Notes: generated from the letters alone by a model not told the origin. A stretch of 61,737 bases of DNA, filler included, from Choristocarpus tenellus KU-1152 (GCA_964200185.2; 7 parts of 7 records of this genome joined end to end with filler, not necessarily neighbours in it); one strand, 5' to 3'. Shown: positions 26,646 to 39,669, counted from the whole stretch's first letter. A program made the numbers and translations.

Positions 26646-28959
26646 ACTCCTTTAAGCTCTTACGAGTTTCTGGTACAGCTCACAAGGGGGTAGATAGGCA
26701 GGGAGGAGCATAGAAGTTCTTTGATAGTTGCCCATTGGATTAGTCAAAAGAAGATAAGAGATCTCGAAATGTACTTCTACACTTCTACAGTTAGTTGTAG
26801 AGGTCTGATATTGCAATCTTTTCTTGTTCCTCCTGTATCCCGAAACCTGCGAGTTGTATAACGTATCTTATTGAGAGGTACTGGAATTTTAAGTGGTATG
26901 ATACAACAACCTTCATATTTTTTTTATTATGCTGTCTGACATTTTCCAGATAGATGTGTCAGGAGAGAAACCAATGAAAACTATACATCCCCCCTGACAC
27001 ATCTGCAAAATGTCAGAGGGCATAATAATATAAGGCCTCTTTATTTCTACTGAACACAACGATATAGCTAATAACGACATATATACAACAAACAGTAATA
27101 GAGGTAATAGTATATAAATTGTGAACTGAAAGAAATTTCCAAAAATTTGGAAAAAATGGAGGTGTTAGGGGACGAGGATAAGAGTGCCAAAAGCACGAAC
27201 TGTGAAGGGATCGTGGAGGGATGGATGGAATAGGGAAACAAAAGACTTGTCTGGAAATCGATCCTTCAAAAATTGGCATTTCTACTGAGGGCTTTTGCAC
27301 TATTTTGATCTAAATCAAACACCCTCTACACACTGAAAAATCAATAAAATGACTCCCTTTTATGAGATGTTTAGATGAGTCAAGTAGGAATTGTTTGAAA
27401 TCGGAAAGGGAAAGCACACAAGATACATACTCAACATTTTCTGTCCCTGTTCTATCGCAGCCGCTACAAGGGATCTCTTGATCCTCACCATTTTTACTTC
27501 AACACCTTCACGGTAAAAAGTTTTCGGGCATCTTGACGCGAAGTCAGAGATGTTTCTAGATAAACAAAACACAGATAGATGGTGTAGGAGAATTGGGGCG
27601 GACGGTTTCAACTGAAAGGGAAGTGAAAAATCGCAGTTATTGTGAACAGATCATTTCATTCACTCACTGCTCTCAAGTGCGTTTTAAACTAGATACCGCA
27701 GATTGATAGGGTAGGAGAACCTTCACAAATTTCCCCTTCTATTTCTCACCCACCTTAATAGAGTCAGCTTTTGTGGGATTGCTTTTTGTTTTTTTCTTGT
27801 CGAATGTTCTACACACAAGGTTGGTGTATGTGATACAATTTGTTGTATTATTTTATTCGCCATATTTCCTTTTCTATCTTCTCTATCACGTTTCTATGTT
27901 TTGTTGGTTCCTCTTTTTGTATTTATTTTATTTGATGAGAAAGGTTCAATACAAATGAGTACTACTACCACCACTACTACTGTTATAGCTTTCCTTCACA
28001 AGTTGTAGAGGCGTTATGTGGCATGCACATGAAATATGCTTTGGGAGTGCATCACCATCTTCACAGCATCAAGGGACGACGACAAGACAGAAAGGATGAG
28101 AAGGGTCAGAGAGAGGACAGCTGTATAATAGCGTGAACCAATGTTGGGAAAGAAGTATTGTGCTGGCCAGGAGGAGGACCATCCTCGCTATAGGTGCCCT
28201 CTTAAATGCTTTGACTCACCACTCATGTCAAAACAAAAGACACGCACTCGATATTTAGGTGCCATAACATGTACCAAATTGTCTACACACAAAGTGCATA
28301 CATTGTGTCCTACTATTTTTTGTCTTTGCAATATTACAATAGGTAAAGTACTGCTGTTCAACATTTACTGTGTGCATAGTAATGAACATCAACAATAGCT
28401 CCAAGAAAGGGACAAAGAGTAAATGGTCACATACTCCGTAGATATTTGGGTTTGAAGCAAGACAGATTGGGTATTTCAATAATTAGACTAACAATATATT
28501 TGCACATTACGGAAGATAAAATACGAACATCACTAGCCCCAAAACTAATAAATAAATGGAGAAGTAAAGTACACATGAATGGAGGGGTTAAAAGAAAAAG
28601 CACGCTCTGTACAATACTTTAACTGTACAGAATGCATATTTCATTTCGTTAAGATACATATTGCTCAATAGTATTAAAGGACATTATCTATACACTGTAC
28701 CTTTCCCCCAACTCTACCTCCTCAATGCAACACCACCTTATTGCCCCTTTCAGCAAGGGGAACCTGGCCACATTCATCTCTTTCTCCCACCCGTTTCCTT
28801 CTACCGGCTTCTCACACCCTACGTGCCCCCTCCTCCAGAGAGGGTACTCTGAATTACTTTCAACACCCCACCAATTGTTGCCTGGTAGTCTTTGAAGGCT
28901 ATGTCATATTAAACCTTGAAAACTTCTGGGACAGTGCTGCCATCCTTTGCATCGCCATT

Positions 28960-29216
28960 GAGTCAAAGTATCTTAGAGGGTAGAGCCGCGTCCATTTGGG
29001 GGCCAAAATCCAATGTTACAATTTTATCTAATTTTGGCTATCATGTTTGTTAGAAGATGTCAATATCCTTGTTCCGGAACACCTTTTCATAATGTATGCA
29101 TTTTACCTACCCAAAATAATTTTGGAGTAGGTTAAATGTCATTAAAAACCCGTGGGAAGCAAAGCCCCAAATCGATAAACAGAGAAAAACTTGTACCCTC
29201 TAAGATATTTTCACTC
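28960..29216 (+). mobile_element. MITE family A, full length
   Basis: Family A TIRs; flanks ATT/ATT. Confidence 0.85.
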
Positions 29217-29303
29217 ATTTTTTTTTCATGGTCTCTAACTGCTTGACCTCCTCCACTTTATCCATAATCCCAACTATATCTCCCTTGTTCCACTCAGTGT
29301 TCT

Positions 29304-29407
29304 GAGTCAAAGTATCTTATAGGGTAGAGCCGTATCAGTTTGGGGACAAAAACTCAATGTTCGATTTTGATGTAATTTTGGGTATCGTGTTTGTTAGGAA
29401 GTATCAA
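29304..29407 (+). mobile_element. MITE family A, truncated 5' portion
   Basis: GAGTCAAAGTATCTTATAGGGTAGAGCC...GTTAGGAAG, after which homology stops. Confidence 0.75.
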
Positions 29408-30511
29408 CAGAACCCCAATCTCTCCCCTCTACAGCATGGGTGGCCATTCACCCTACCACACCACGCCATCCAGATTACGTGTTTCATTTGTTCCTCCAAC
29501 TGACGTGTTGCAGATGTGCCAAGGGAGGGAAATACAAAAAAAATCAAGGATACAAAACCTTGCCATGATAGGATCATCCAGTTGGTCTAACAATACCATG
29601 ACTGCTGTAGTATAGGAATATTATTGCAATCTGCCATATTTATCTAACATTTTACACTACTATAACAAACCTATGCTCCCCACCAGCCATTTCAAAAGGA
29701 GACAGGTACGACACAAAGGTACGTCCACTGGTTAATCTACCTCACCGTCGGTACATGATTCAAACCACAAGAAAAATACCGACACTCCAATTTCAATCTA
29801 CTACCTTCTCGCTTTGTAACAACTTAATGCTTCCACAAGAAAAAAGGGTTGTACTACGGAAGTGTTTGCCATGGTCTGACTTAGTCAGGTACACTACCGG
29901 AGGATTGAAGCAATGATGATGTGAAAGTAGGAGACTTACTGGCATCAGTCGTTTATTTCGTTTTCTCCTTGAGATTCAGAACCTAAATCCATCCGTATGT
30001 GTTACCCACATCCTGTTTTCTTTTTCCTTTATCTATATGTATATGACATTATTGCTACACAGGTTCGGAAAAAAATTATGCACAAGTGATGATTAATGCT
30101 GTGCTAAAAAAGAAGTGAGAAGGCACGAATTTATGGGCTTGTGATCATATTTCTTTTAATAATCACGATTTACTTCTTTATTTTATCCACACATGCCTCA
30201 ACATCTCTCCTCCACAGGACCACCTAGGGAATTACAAACCCACCTACCAGTGGTTCTAGCAAACCCATCACTCTATTTCCATATTGCAATCCATGCAACA
30301 CCGCAGGCACTGTAGTTCAAGTTGATCATTTACTTTTCAGCACTGAGTCAGTTCGCCTAGTTGGGATGGCGTAGCAGCCTTGATGCTCAAAGATCAAGAC
30401 GAAGGAATGGTAATGTATCAAGTTAGTCATGTATATATATATAGATCGTTCACGTCAATTGCTGTTGTTACGACACGCTCCAGATCTCACCTCAACAGGA
30501 TGTGCAACTCA

Positions 30512-31290
30512 AATCCAACGACCCTTAAAACTACGCTATGGAGGCGTTGCCCTTGGTAACAGTTTCTAGGGTGTCAGACAGTCTTCTCTCGATAATCCAC
30601 TCAGTGCATAGTTCAAAGCTTGACTAAATGTTTCGTTCAAGATCAAAGACTGTTAAAGGGGGTAATGGATGCTGACCAAAAGCCCATTTACTATTTTCAT
30701 GAGTCAAAGCATCTTAGAGGGTAGAGCCGTGTCCATTTTGGGGGCCAAAGGTCAATGTGCAATTTTGATGTAATTTGGCCAATTGTGTTTGTTAGGAAGT
30801 GTCAATATCCATGTTCTGGATACACCTTTTTATAACGTACACATTTTACCTACTCCGAAACGCTTTGGAGTAGGAAAATGTCATAAAATACACCGTGGGA
30901 AGTCAAGCTTTAAATGGACAAACAGGGCAAAACTCGTACCCTCTAAGATGCTTTCACTCCATCATCCGCTCATTTTCTTTAGACTTCTATGGTAAAAGAC
31001 ATTTGCAAACTGTTGTATACATACACTCCAGTCATAAATCTTTATTCTGCAACTTCTAAGGAACTTTGACGTTTCTTCTGTAAGGTTACGTATGCATTAC
31101 GAATCTTACTCTGCATCTTCTAAGGAAACAGCATTTATTCTGAAAGGCTGCCTATGTGCTACTAATCTTGTATACTGCTCGCGCTTGTTAGAACACGAGA
31201 AGTAATGCTCGTGCTCTTCGCCTGTAACAAATGCTCGCGTTTGCTGTAACACGAGAAGGAATGCTCGCGATATTCGCCTGTAACATTGCT
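30512..31290 (+). repeat. Dispersed repeat family C
   Basis: Collinear with 58566-59090 (AATCCAACGACC.TTAAAAC.ACGCTATGG.GGCGTTGCC...); internal CTCGCG[C]T[A]TTCGCCTGTAAC sub-repeats also occur at about 39500-39650 and 40050-40180. Confidence 0.75.
30701..30959 (+). mobile_element. MITE family A, full length, inserted in dispersed repeat C
   Basis: Family A TIRs; CAT/CAT duplication; empty paralogous site at about 58740-58757. Confidence 0.9.
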
Positions 31291-31457
31291 GCTTTAGAAT
31301 GTTTACTTGTGGTTTGGGAAATTTTTCTAAGGCTGGTCTCAATCGTCAAAAGGGAGAGAGGGCAATATCAATTAGACATATACGATATGTTAACCGTCCT
31401 GATAATGATCCAAGGGATATATAGAACAATCTCTTGTAACAACACATTTTAAGCTCT

Positions 31458-31471
31458 GGGTCAAAGTATCT

Positions 31472-31507
<36 letters not shown>

Positions 31508-31578
31508 CTTTCGGTCAAAACACTTTTTTTTTTTTTTTTTTTTCAAATTGCACACCCGCCCCCCAAACNNNAGCGGGT

Positions 31579-31627
<49 letters not shown>

Positions 31628-31762
31628 GTGAGGGGGCGTCCGTTTCGGTCAAACAACTCTTTTTTTTGCTGACATTTCAAATCTGACACGTGCGACCAAA
31701 TCACACCAAAAAAGTGAAAATCGAAAAAAGGGTGAAAAACGGACACCGACACCCTTTGACCC
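31458..31762 (+). mobile_element. Family B-related MITE variant with poly-G tracts (partly mis-assembled)
   Basis: GGGTCAAAGTATCTGGGG ... CTTTGACCC with TCT/TCT flanks; internal Ns and long homopolymers. Confidence 0.6.
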
Positions 31763-32094
31763 TCTTCAATATATGTTTGCATCATCTTTTTATGTTGGGC
31801 TTGTAGTACTGCCCACTTTACCCCTGGTTATGCTTCTGCCTCTCTTCCCATACGCGATTTCCCTTCCTCTGCCTTTTCTCCTTCTCCAACTTCTCGCTCT
31901 CCCCTCTCCATCAACGTCCACCTCACCATGTCCTCATGCTTCCGCTGGTGAAAACTGTGTTTCTCCCTTAAGTACAGGGGAGGGGAGACTGAACGGAAGC
32001 TGTGAGGTTCATTAGGAGAGTATTGAAGGGACAATATGCCTTTCGTTTGGGCTTCTCTTCTATCTTAAGCCTTACCTAAGTAAAAGGCGGGGAT

Positions 32095-32367
32095 GGGTCA
32101 TAGTATCCTAGAGGGGAGGATGTTTAGTCCAGGTTGTCCATTCGGGACGTGATATGTGTTATAAGATACCCCAGTTTGATACCCGCGTTACGAATGATGT
32201 TCCTTTGAACTTGGTTCAGGCAAGGGAATAGAAGAGAAAGGAGCGTTCAGATGAAGAAAAATGCCCTTTACATTTGACACATTCACTCATTTTTTTTATG
32301 GAAATCACTACAGCGTAACACAGGTCCCCAATGGACGCCTGACCCACCTATTAGGATGCTATGGGTT
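32095..32367 (+). mobile_element. MITE family E (~270 bp)
   Basis: GGGTCATAGTATCCTAGAGGG..GTCCATTCGGG ... CCCAATGGAC..AGGATGCTATGGGTT; GAT/GAT flanks. Confidence 0.75.
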
Positions 32368-33145
32368 GATATCTCCACAACAAAGTCCCTCACCTTGGCC
32401 TCTGTCCGTAAGTCTTTGCAACGTTTTATTTTGTCAAAAGCCCCTCCGCTATCGCGCATTTCACGCTTGACCTGATATCCAACAGCAGCTACTCCCAACC
32501 ATCAGAACTCTCCATCATGATCCCACTCCTATGGGTGATGGTGTAGTCCACTTCCTTGGACTTCCTCAAAAGGATATTGAGTCTTGACCTAAACAAACTC
32601 ACGTAAAGGTTGGTTCCTTGGAATGAGGGTAGACTCAGGCACTACTCACATACTGCATAGTGTTTGTTTCCTTATGTAGAGTCAAGCTCCCCATGCGGAA
32701 CTGTCCATAGCTCCATAGCAAGAACCCTACCAAGTGGGGATGAAGTCATGTTCGTAAAACGACCATTCATTTTGGTGCAGGCACGTTCACCTTGAACAAA
32801 AGGAGTGAGGCTCGGTGACAAAGCGGAATTGAGGTCACTCGTGAATGACCTTGCCAACTCGGACCCATCTACATCTTCTGCTTTACTAATAGACCCTGGA
32901 TCATTCACAGTCACCACCTCTCTCTTCAGATTTGGTATGTATTGGAATCCATCTCGAATTGACATCCATCAGGGGACTATGGAGGAGAGGATGGAAACTA
33001 TCTGTACTTCCCTCTATCGTATTCACTCCTGACATCCCTTGACCCGAACATAATGATTATAAAAAACTTGACCCGAACTGAGATATGCTTGAGTCAATCT
33101 TCATCCTTCAGAACAAGAAAGATATGAGTGGTATAAGCAAAATAT

Positions 33146-33217
33146 TGCACGGACCGGGAATCGAACCCGGGTTGCCACAGCCACAATGTGGTGTACTAAC
33201 CACTATACGATCCATGC
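33146..33217 (-). tRNA. tRNA-His (GTG)
   Basis: Reverse complement GCATGGA-TC-GTATAGTGGTTAGTAC-A-CCACA TT GTG GC TGTGG-CAAC-CCGGG TTCGATT CCCGG-TCCGTGC-A folds as a cloverleaf with A73 discriminator and A/B boxes; a T-run follows downstream; G-1 is not encoded (eukaryotic type). Confidence 0.95.
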
Positions 33218-33499
33218 TGGGTCTACCGTAATATCAAATACTAAACTTAAACCTATTTAATGTTAAATAGCTCTGTGTGTGTAGTATTGTATGTAGGAGT
33301 TAGCTTTAGGGTTAGGGGTTTAGGAGTTGTAGAAATATGATTAAAAACATAATTTAAATCCTAACTTGCCTTAAAGATCTTTGCGTGTGTGACGTCTACA
33401 AATACAATCAAAAAGTATTTTCTCTCTCCTAAGCCCCCTTCTCACAACTTACAGCTCCATCCTTTCGTAAGTCAATACATTCACCACATCTATTATACA

Positions 33500-34415
33500 A
33501 TGAAGTCTGCTGTCATGGCTGTTGCTTGCGCCGCTGGTGCCCAGGCATTCGTTGCCCCCAGGTTCGTTTTATGGAATACACAATCCCGCTTACCTGTTTC
33601 CCGTACAATGTGTTGGCACGGTTACCCTTTGGTACTCATGGATCGTAACTTCATCAGACGTACTATAGGTCTGCAAGGATTAGTTATTGATCCTGGAGAA
33701 GTAGATAATGAGTTGACCTTGTTCCGAGCTTCAATGGATCATGAACCGAGCATACCTTCCGCTCTCGATGCGGCTTGGACTGACCTTGCCTTGATATCTC
33801 AATGTCTTTACTACATGCAGTGCCTTCAAGGGTGCCTCCCTTGCCGCCGCTGCCAAGCCCTCCACCGCTATGAAGATGTCCTTCGAGTCCGAGATCGGTG
33901 CTCAGCCCCCTCTTGGGTTCTTCGACCCACTCGGCCTGCTTGCCGACGCTGACCAGGAGCGTTTCGAGCGCCTTCGGTATGTGGAGATCAAGCACGGCCG
34001 TATCTCTATGCTTGCTGTCGCAGGCCACCTGGTTGCACAAAACACACGCCTACCAGGCATGCTGTCCAACTCAGCCAACTTGTCTTTCGCCGACATGCCC
34101 AACGGCGTGGCCGCCCTCTCCAAGATCCCCCCTCTGGGTCTCGCCCAGATTGTGGCGTTCATCGGATTCCTCGAGCTAGCTGTAATGAAGAACGTGGAGG
34201 GCTCCTTCCCCGGTGACTTCACCATCGGCGGCAACCCATTTGCATCATCTTGGGATGCCATGTCCGAGGAGACTCAGGCATCAAAGAGAGCTATCGAGCT
34301 TAACAATGGGCGTGCGGCACAGATGGGCATTCTGGCCATGATGGTACACGAGGAGCTGTCCAACCAGCCCTACATCATCAACGACCTTGTGGGGGCCTCA
34401 TACTCCTTCAACTAG
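33500..34415 (+). CDS. LHCF: Fucoxanthin-chlorophyll a/c binding light-harvesting protein (LHCF/FCP), plastid precursor, 218 aa
   Basis: Exon 1 33500-33561, intron 33562-33820 (GT..CAG), exon 2 33821-34415. Bipartite presequence MKSAVMAVACAAGAQA|FVAPSAF (ASAFAP-type), then EIGAQPPLGFFDPLGL, EIKHGRISMLAVAG and ELNNGRAAQMG LHC helices. Confidence 0.97.
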
Positions 34416-36534
34416 AATTTTTTAGAGAGCGTTATACCTACTCTGTAGTGGTTTTGTTTTTGCCGTGCCATCCTTGACTTGTAGAGCTATTGGATTAAAG
34501 TTTTTGAGTTGGCAATTGTACAGAGAGCAGGTGTGAATCCCCTTCAAAGCACCTTGTGTTACATACTAAACGTGCCTTACGATCTAGATTACTAACAGAG
34601 GTGGGTTAAAAGAAGATTTAGACAATATTTTTCTTGCATTTGTTTTAGCCTGGGTACCATTCTGGTGGAGTATGACAACGGCTCTTCAGGTACCGGCATT
34701 ACTGCACTCGAGCCTATCATGTCATCCTCGCAACTAATCTCAGGTGCAGTGTTGAGTAACATGCAGTGTGCCACCTAAATGAACTTAATAATTTCTGACC
34801 CTACTACCCCTTTCACTTTCTGTTCTCTTACCAAAACCAAACGGGGCATTGGAGGAAGTGTGATATCCCCCATCAACTTGATTGAAGTTCACCTCCCATG
34901 CTTCTGTCTCATCTGTTCAAGAGATGAAATCTATGCACTAGGATAATGTACTAAATCAACTGCATTATTCAACATTTTGTGAAGGGGTTGCGCACTGTGT
35001 CTTTGACGGCGGCTCAACACGGTTGGACTGCGAGATTGCGCCTATGTTGCACATGTATCCTATAGAAGGTCTTTACGTGATTTATCGAGAACAAAAATAT
35101 TGTTTACCGGCACCATGTAATGTTGTAGACTGTGTTGCAAAGGAGTAGGAACAGTGAACTTACAAGGATGATGTTGAAGTGGGCTTTTTCACTTCATACT
35201 TTTAGCTTTCTGCCAATGTAGTACTTCTACACAAATGAAAGTATGACAACTCAAACACAAGGTAAGCATCAATCCTTAAGGAACAATGGATATAGAAGAT
35301 GAAACATGAACATAGTAAGTGTACATTGCTCTGCCACATACTGAGTAAAACCTCTAGTATAGTAAAGACCAATGACAAGTTCATTTGCATGACCTCTGCA
35401 ATCCATGAAATTAATCACCATTCTACTAGTTCACTGGGTTTCCTGCTACATGTTGCCACTCCAAGCAATGGAGGAAAATATGAACCATGCATGTTGACTC
35501 CTCTTCCTGTGATGGGCACACACAACTCTATTGTCAAGCAAGTACCCCAAACCTCCTACTACTAGCATCAATTATAAATATAACAGTCCAATCAGTTTCC
35601 TTCTTTATGTAGGGCAACTATTGTTCTACTGCGTGTCCTCGAAGTACCAGAGAGAGAGAGAGAAGTGGGCTCCAAAACTGCATTGGCACACTTCAAGTTG
35701 GTTCAAAGCCCTCTGTTTGCCAATAAAGTCACCAAGGCAAAATTTCCTCATTGAGAACAGCACTAACGCAGAGTTGAGGATAAAAAGAAAATACCTTGTC
35801 CTGACCTTGTGGATCTGTGAGATTTTTCTGCTGCAGGTGTTACAGATAGACACAACTTTGACTTCCCCCAATAACAATTCGATGCTGTACTACTCACAGG
35901 CTACTTGATAAACAACGTTCAATGTGGCCACAAGTGAGAATAAACCCTGTTGCACAAGCACACGCACTATAAATAAATGTAGGTAGAGTAGGGCTGTTGA
36001 TCATAGCGATTGAATCGTTTCAATACAATACCACTAGTGGAAGAACTGTCTGAATCAAATTGAAACCAGCGTCTAAAATGACCCCCTTTTTTGGAGGGGG
36101 NNNNNNNNNNNNNNNNNNNNNNNNNNNNNNNNNNNNNNNNNNNNTTAATTAATTAANNNNNNNNNNNNNNNNNNNNNNNNNNNNNNNNNNNNNNNNNNNN
36201 CTGATGGACAAGTCGTCAAGTATGGTGGAACTCTCACTTGGATTATCATCAATATCATCGTATAAAAAGGAACTGGTCTACGATGTCTTATCACAATCAG
36301 GGACCATAATGACAAAAAAGAATAGTCAAGAAGTACAAATATATCAAATCTAGAAGTTCAAGGTCATAATGGTGTTTATGAAACTGCCATCAAGACATAT
36401 CGCCTGTAACAGTAGACCATTTTCTCGGTATCTATGGAGAAGTTCCTGCATTTAGGCAGTACCACAGCGTGAAATACTGCACCCATACGGAAATTTCAGA
36501 TAATGATGAAGGGACCCTCATCTGCCTGCAGAGA

Positions 36535-36714
36535 GGTGTGAAGTATCTGGGAGGGGGGAGGGGGTCTACATCAGGATGTCCATTCGGGCCCTGACCAGGA
36601 GAAGTACACTTACATTATCGATCCGACGCATGTAACCAAATCACCCGAAAATCGCGACATGGAAAAATGGGCCCCCAATGGACAGTCACTACCTGCCCCC
36701 AGATACCTTGAGCC
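36535..36714 (+). mobile_element. MITE family B
   Basis: ..AAGTATCTGGGAGG..GTCCATTCGGG ... CCCAATGGAC..CCCCCAGATACCTTGAGCC. Confidence 0.8.
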
Positions 36715-37060
36715 AAACCCTACCCAGTTGCTGACCACCCAGTTGCGTGACCATAGATGAGTTCTGCTCACATGTTCTATCACACTCTGTTGTCTATATC
36801 CACCTTCTGCGCAGCAGTTAGAGAGTGCCTCCTCAACCCCCGAAGACTGGTACACCGTTTGGGGGGGTTCCAGGCAAGGGGTCTGCGTTACCGGCTTAAG
36901 GGGTTGAGTGGTTGCCCAGATATTATTGAAACCTGGCCTACACTGACTCCAGAAGTGTGCTATGTGATAATTCATGCCTACTTATATTTTGCGCCTGTTG
37001 TCGTGGAGGGAACCAAAATATTCATGTTTGTTGATATGTTGTCGTGATATTAATGTGGGG

Positions 37061-38863
37061 TTAGATAGTCAAGATAACGACATGTGGGGAAAATACTGAT
37101 CGAACGGGTGTGGATACATTGCTCTTAGAAACGAACGTAGTCCCATATTTCCCAGGAGCAGAAGCAGGTTGATTTGTCAGCGTAGCACAGACAGTGGGTA
37201 GGGGATTTTGGAACAAAACAGGTTGGAGCATCGGTGCGAGGGCCGCCAGCACACTGTTGACCACCTCTTGGTGTGGTGGTGGATTCTGGCTTAGCACCTC
37301 ACGCGGCAAGGATGTCTTGTTGTGTTGGGGTAGTTCCAGTTCCTGTCCTCCTATCGGGGCTTTAACTGGGGAAGACAAAGGGTCGGACATGCTTGCAAAC
37401 ATAGCACGAGCGTTAGCCATGCTACCTAAAGCAAGGTGTCTTATCTTTGTACGACGTAGATTTTGTAGCATTCTGATTGGTTGGAGCAAATACGTACTGG
37501 TCGCTACGATTGGATAATTCTTCGATAAGATCGTCAAATATCCGTTCTTCCTTAATCCCCTGTTGTACCATTTCATCTTCTAAAGGATATTCTGGGAAAT
37601 TGCCAGTGGGCGAATTTGACTCCGAATCTCCTTTCGAAATGAAAATGCCATCGACTGCACTGATCTAGAACATTGGGAAGAAGAATGGGAAGAGCTCGTT
37701 CACATAGATCAATAAGTTGATCTTCAGCTATATACCTCCAAAAGAAAGTTGTCTCGCAAACATGAAGGCATCCGCAAATCTACGGTATATGCCCGATAAT
37801 ATAAGACAAGTCGATTGACTGCAGCTTTCCAAGATTCCCCTCTTTCAGTCCTTAAAGAACTCATTGCGTTCTTTACGGCATTCTTCGACTGACTATAAGA
37901 AAGAGTGCATTCTCTCACCAGGATTCGAACCCACTCCGTCGCTGTCATGTCTTCCCTAGGAACTCGAAGGAGTTGTCCAGTGACGCTTGGGACTTCCACT
38001 GTAGGTGAGTCGCTTAGGAGATCACTGTGGGTCCTAAGAGAGTCAGACAGCAGTTGCTCAAGAAGCTCGATGCGGAAAGGGGCGACGGCATCACTACGTG
38101 GTCGTTATGTATTACGATAGTAGAGTTGGTCTTTGGGTAAGGCCCCCAATACTCCCTGAAACCTCCCTAAAGCCTTGGTAAGTGCGTCAGCGAAAAAAAC
38201 GGGATTGTTTGACATGGTTGGGGCGGAGTTATCTGCAGGTACTCCAAGAAAGACGGGGCATTGAGCAGGGTCTCCGAGTTTCCTATGAATGCGCTCCATG
38301 GTTTTAACACAATCCTGATGATAACACATGTCGAGGTTGTGCTCTTGCCTATCGGGTTGTGACTCATGCAACTCAGCTTGTGTACGTAACTCATGAATTT
38401 CTCTTCGCAACTCTGCCTCAACCTTTCTGGACTGACGTACCACACTCAGGCTATTCCTTCGAGATGGTCTGGGTGATACAGACCCGTGCGAAGGATAATA
38501 ATCACTGGTCTGACGGTGACGACGCGGTGAATGAGTGCGACCTCTGCGTTCTTCTCTGGCCTCCCGTCCGTCCCGGTGAGAGCGCCTGTCCCGGGATCTC
38601 GACCTGGAGCGGGATTTGCCACAAGCGGAAGACCGAAAACAAACGTGCTCTCTGCGCCTGTCTCAACGTCTAGCAGCGTGGGCACGGTTGAGGCCAGAAT
38701 CGCCTTGAGTGGTGGTACTGGACTGGAATCTCTCGGCATCATCGATTCCTTGGAGGATCTGTACGTCAGAGGCAACCTCAGCTTCGCGCGAATGCTGTGA
38801 GCCCGATATGTCGATCAACCTGGGGAATAAAGGGCAAGATGGCAACCAAAAGCGAGCAACCAT
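37061..38863 (-). pseudogene. Frameshifted intronless ORF remnant, probably retroelement gag-like
   Basis: Chain of overlapping minus-strand ORFs broken by frameshifts; coiled-coil-like stretch (RKVEAELRREIHELR) and gag-core-like stretch (AMSSLRTERGESWKAAVNRLVLYYR). No pol or LTR identified. Confidence 0.4.
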
Positions 38864-39669
38864 ATGTGAGTAAAGGAACGTAGAACAATTGACTACCTAG
38901 GCAATGTCTCGGCCTTGGTGATCAAAGACCACTCATTCTATGACTATAGGCAAGTGATGTGGCGATCAGAGGCCACTCGTTTTACGGTTAGAGAGGCGCG
39001 ATTCCCTCAGAGCCACATAAGCCCTCAGACCCATGAAGACAACGAGTCCAGGGAGGGACTCTCGTAGACGACGAATGAAGACCACAAACCCAGGTGAAAC
39101 AAGAAAACAACCCACGTGGAACAAGGAAACAATCCAGGTGGAACAAGAAAACAATCCTATGTGCTGGGGTGAACTAGGAGTAATCCTCCAGTTTGAAGAG
39201 AGGCGGTAGGACCTCCATGTTACAGGCGCCCNNNNNNNNNNGATGTACAAGACAAGTCCAATTTACAGACCAATGCACGTCAGCTCAGTAGAACAGCAGT
39301 ACTCTCAGGTGAATCCAGTGGCTCAAGAAAAATGTCTATATTGGTATCAGTTAAGAGAGAACTGAATAGGTAGGACTCTCTGGGTCAGAAGAACTGAGCC
39401 GTTTGGAGCCGTTTTTAGGATCTCTAATCATCATTTACCGTTGGGGTTTCTTTGGTGTACAAACATTGGAATATATTTAAGAACCTTTGCGACCTTTCCA
39501 TCTGGGACCCTTTGCAACTACCCGAGTTATAGACTTTATTCTGCAACTTTTTGGCAAATCGGAGTTCCCCCTTTTGGGGTTCCCCACGCATGTATACTGC
39601 TCGCGCTGGTTAAGCGTGGGAAAAAATACTCGCACTATTCACCTGGAACAGTTCTTGGATGATTGTGGA

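Noticed and set aside
31346-31785. Polyproline/polylysine ORFs and G-quadruplex-like tracts
   Set aside because: They derive from poly-G and poly-T homopolymers beside Ns inside a MITE; lengths are unreliable.
33389-33952. 187-aa ORF overlapping LHCF
   Set aside because: Read-through of exon 1 into the intron; the true CDS is 33500-33561 plus 33821-34415.
34590-35910. Possible short exons downstream of LHCF
   Set aside because: No domain signal and no consistent intron structure.
39340-39350. TGGTATCAG as a tRNA-Met primer-binding site
   Set aside because: Only a 9-nt match, opposite in orientation to the gag-like relic, and no LTR identified.
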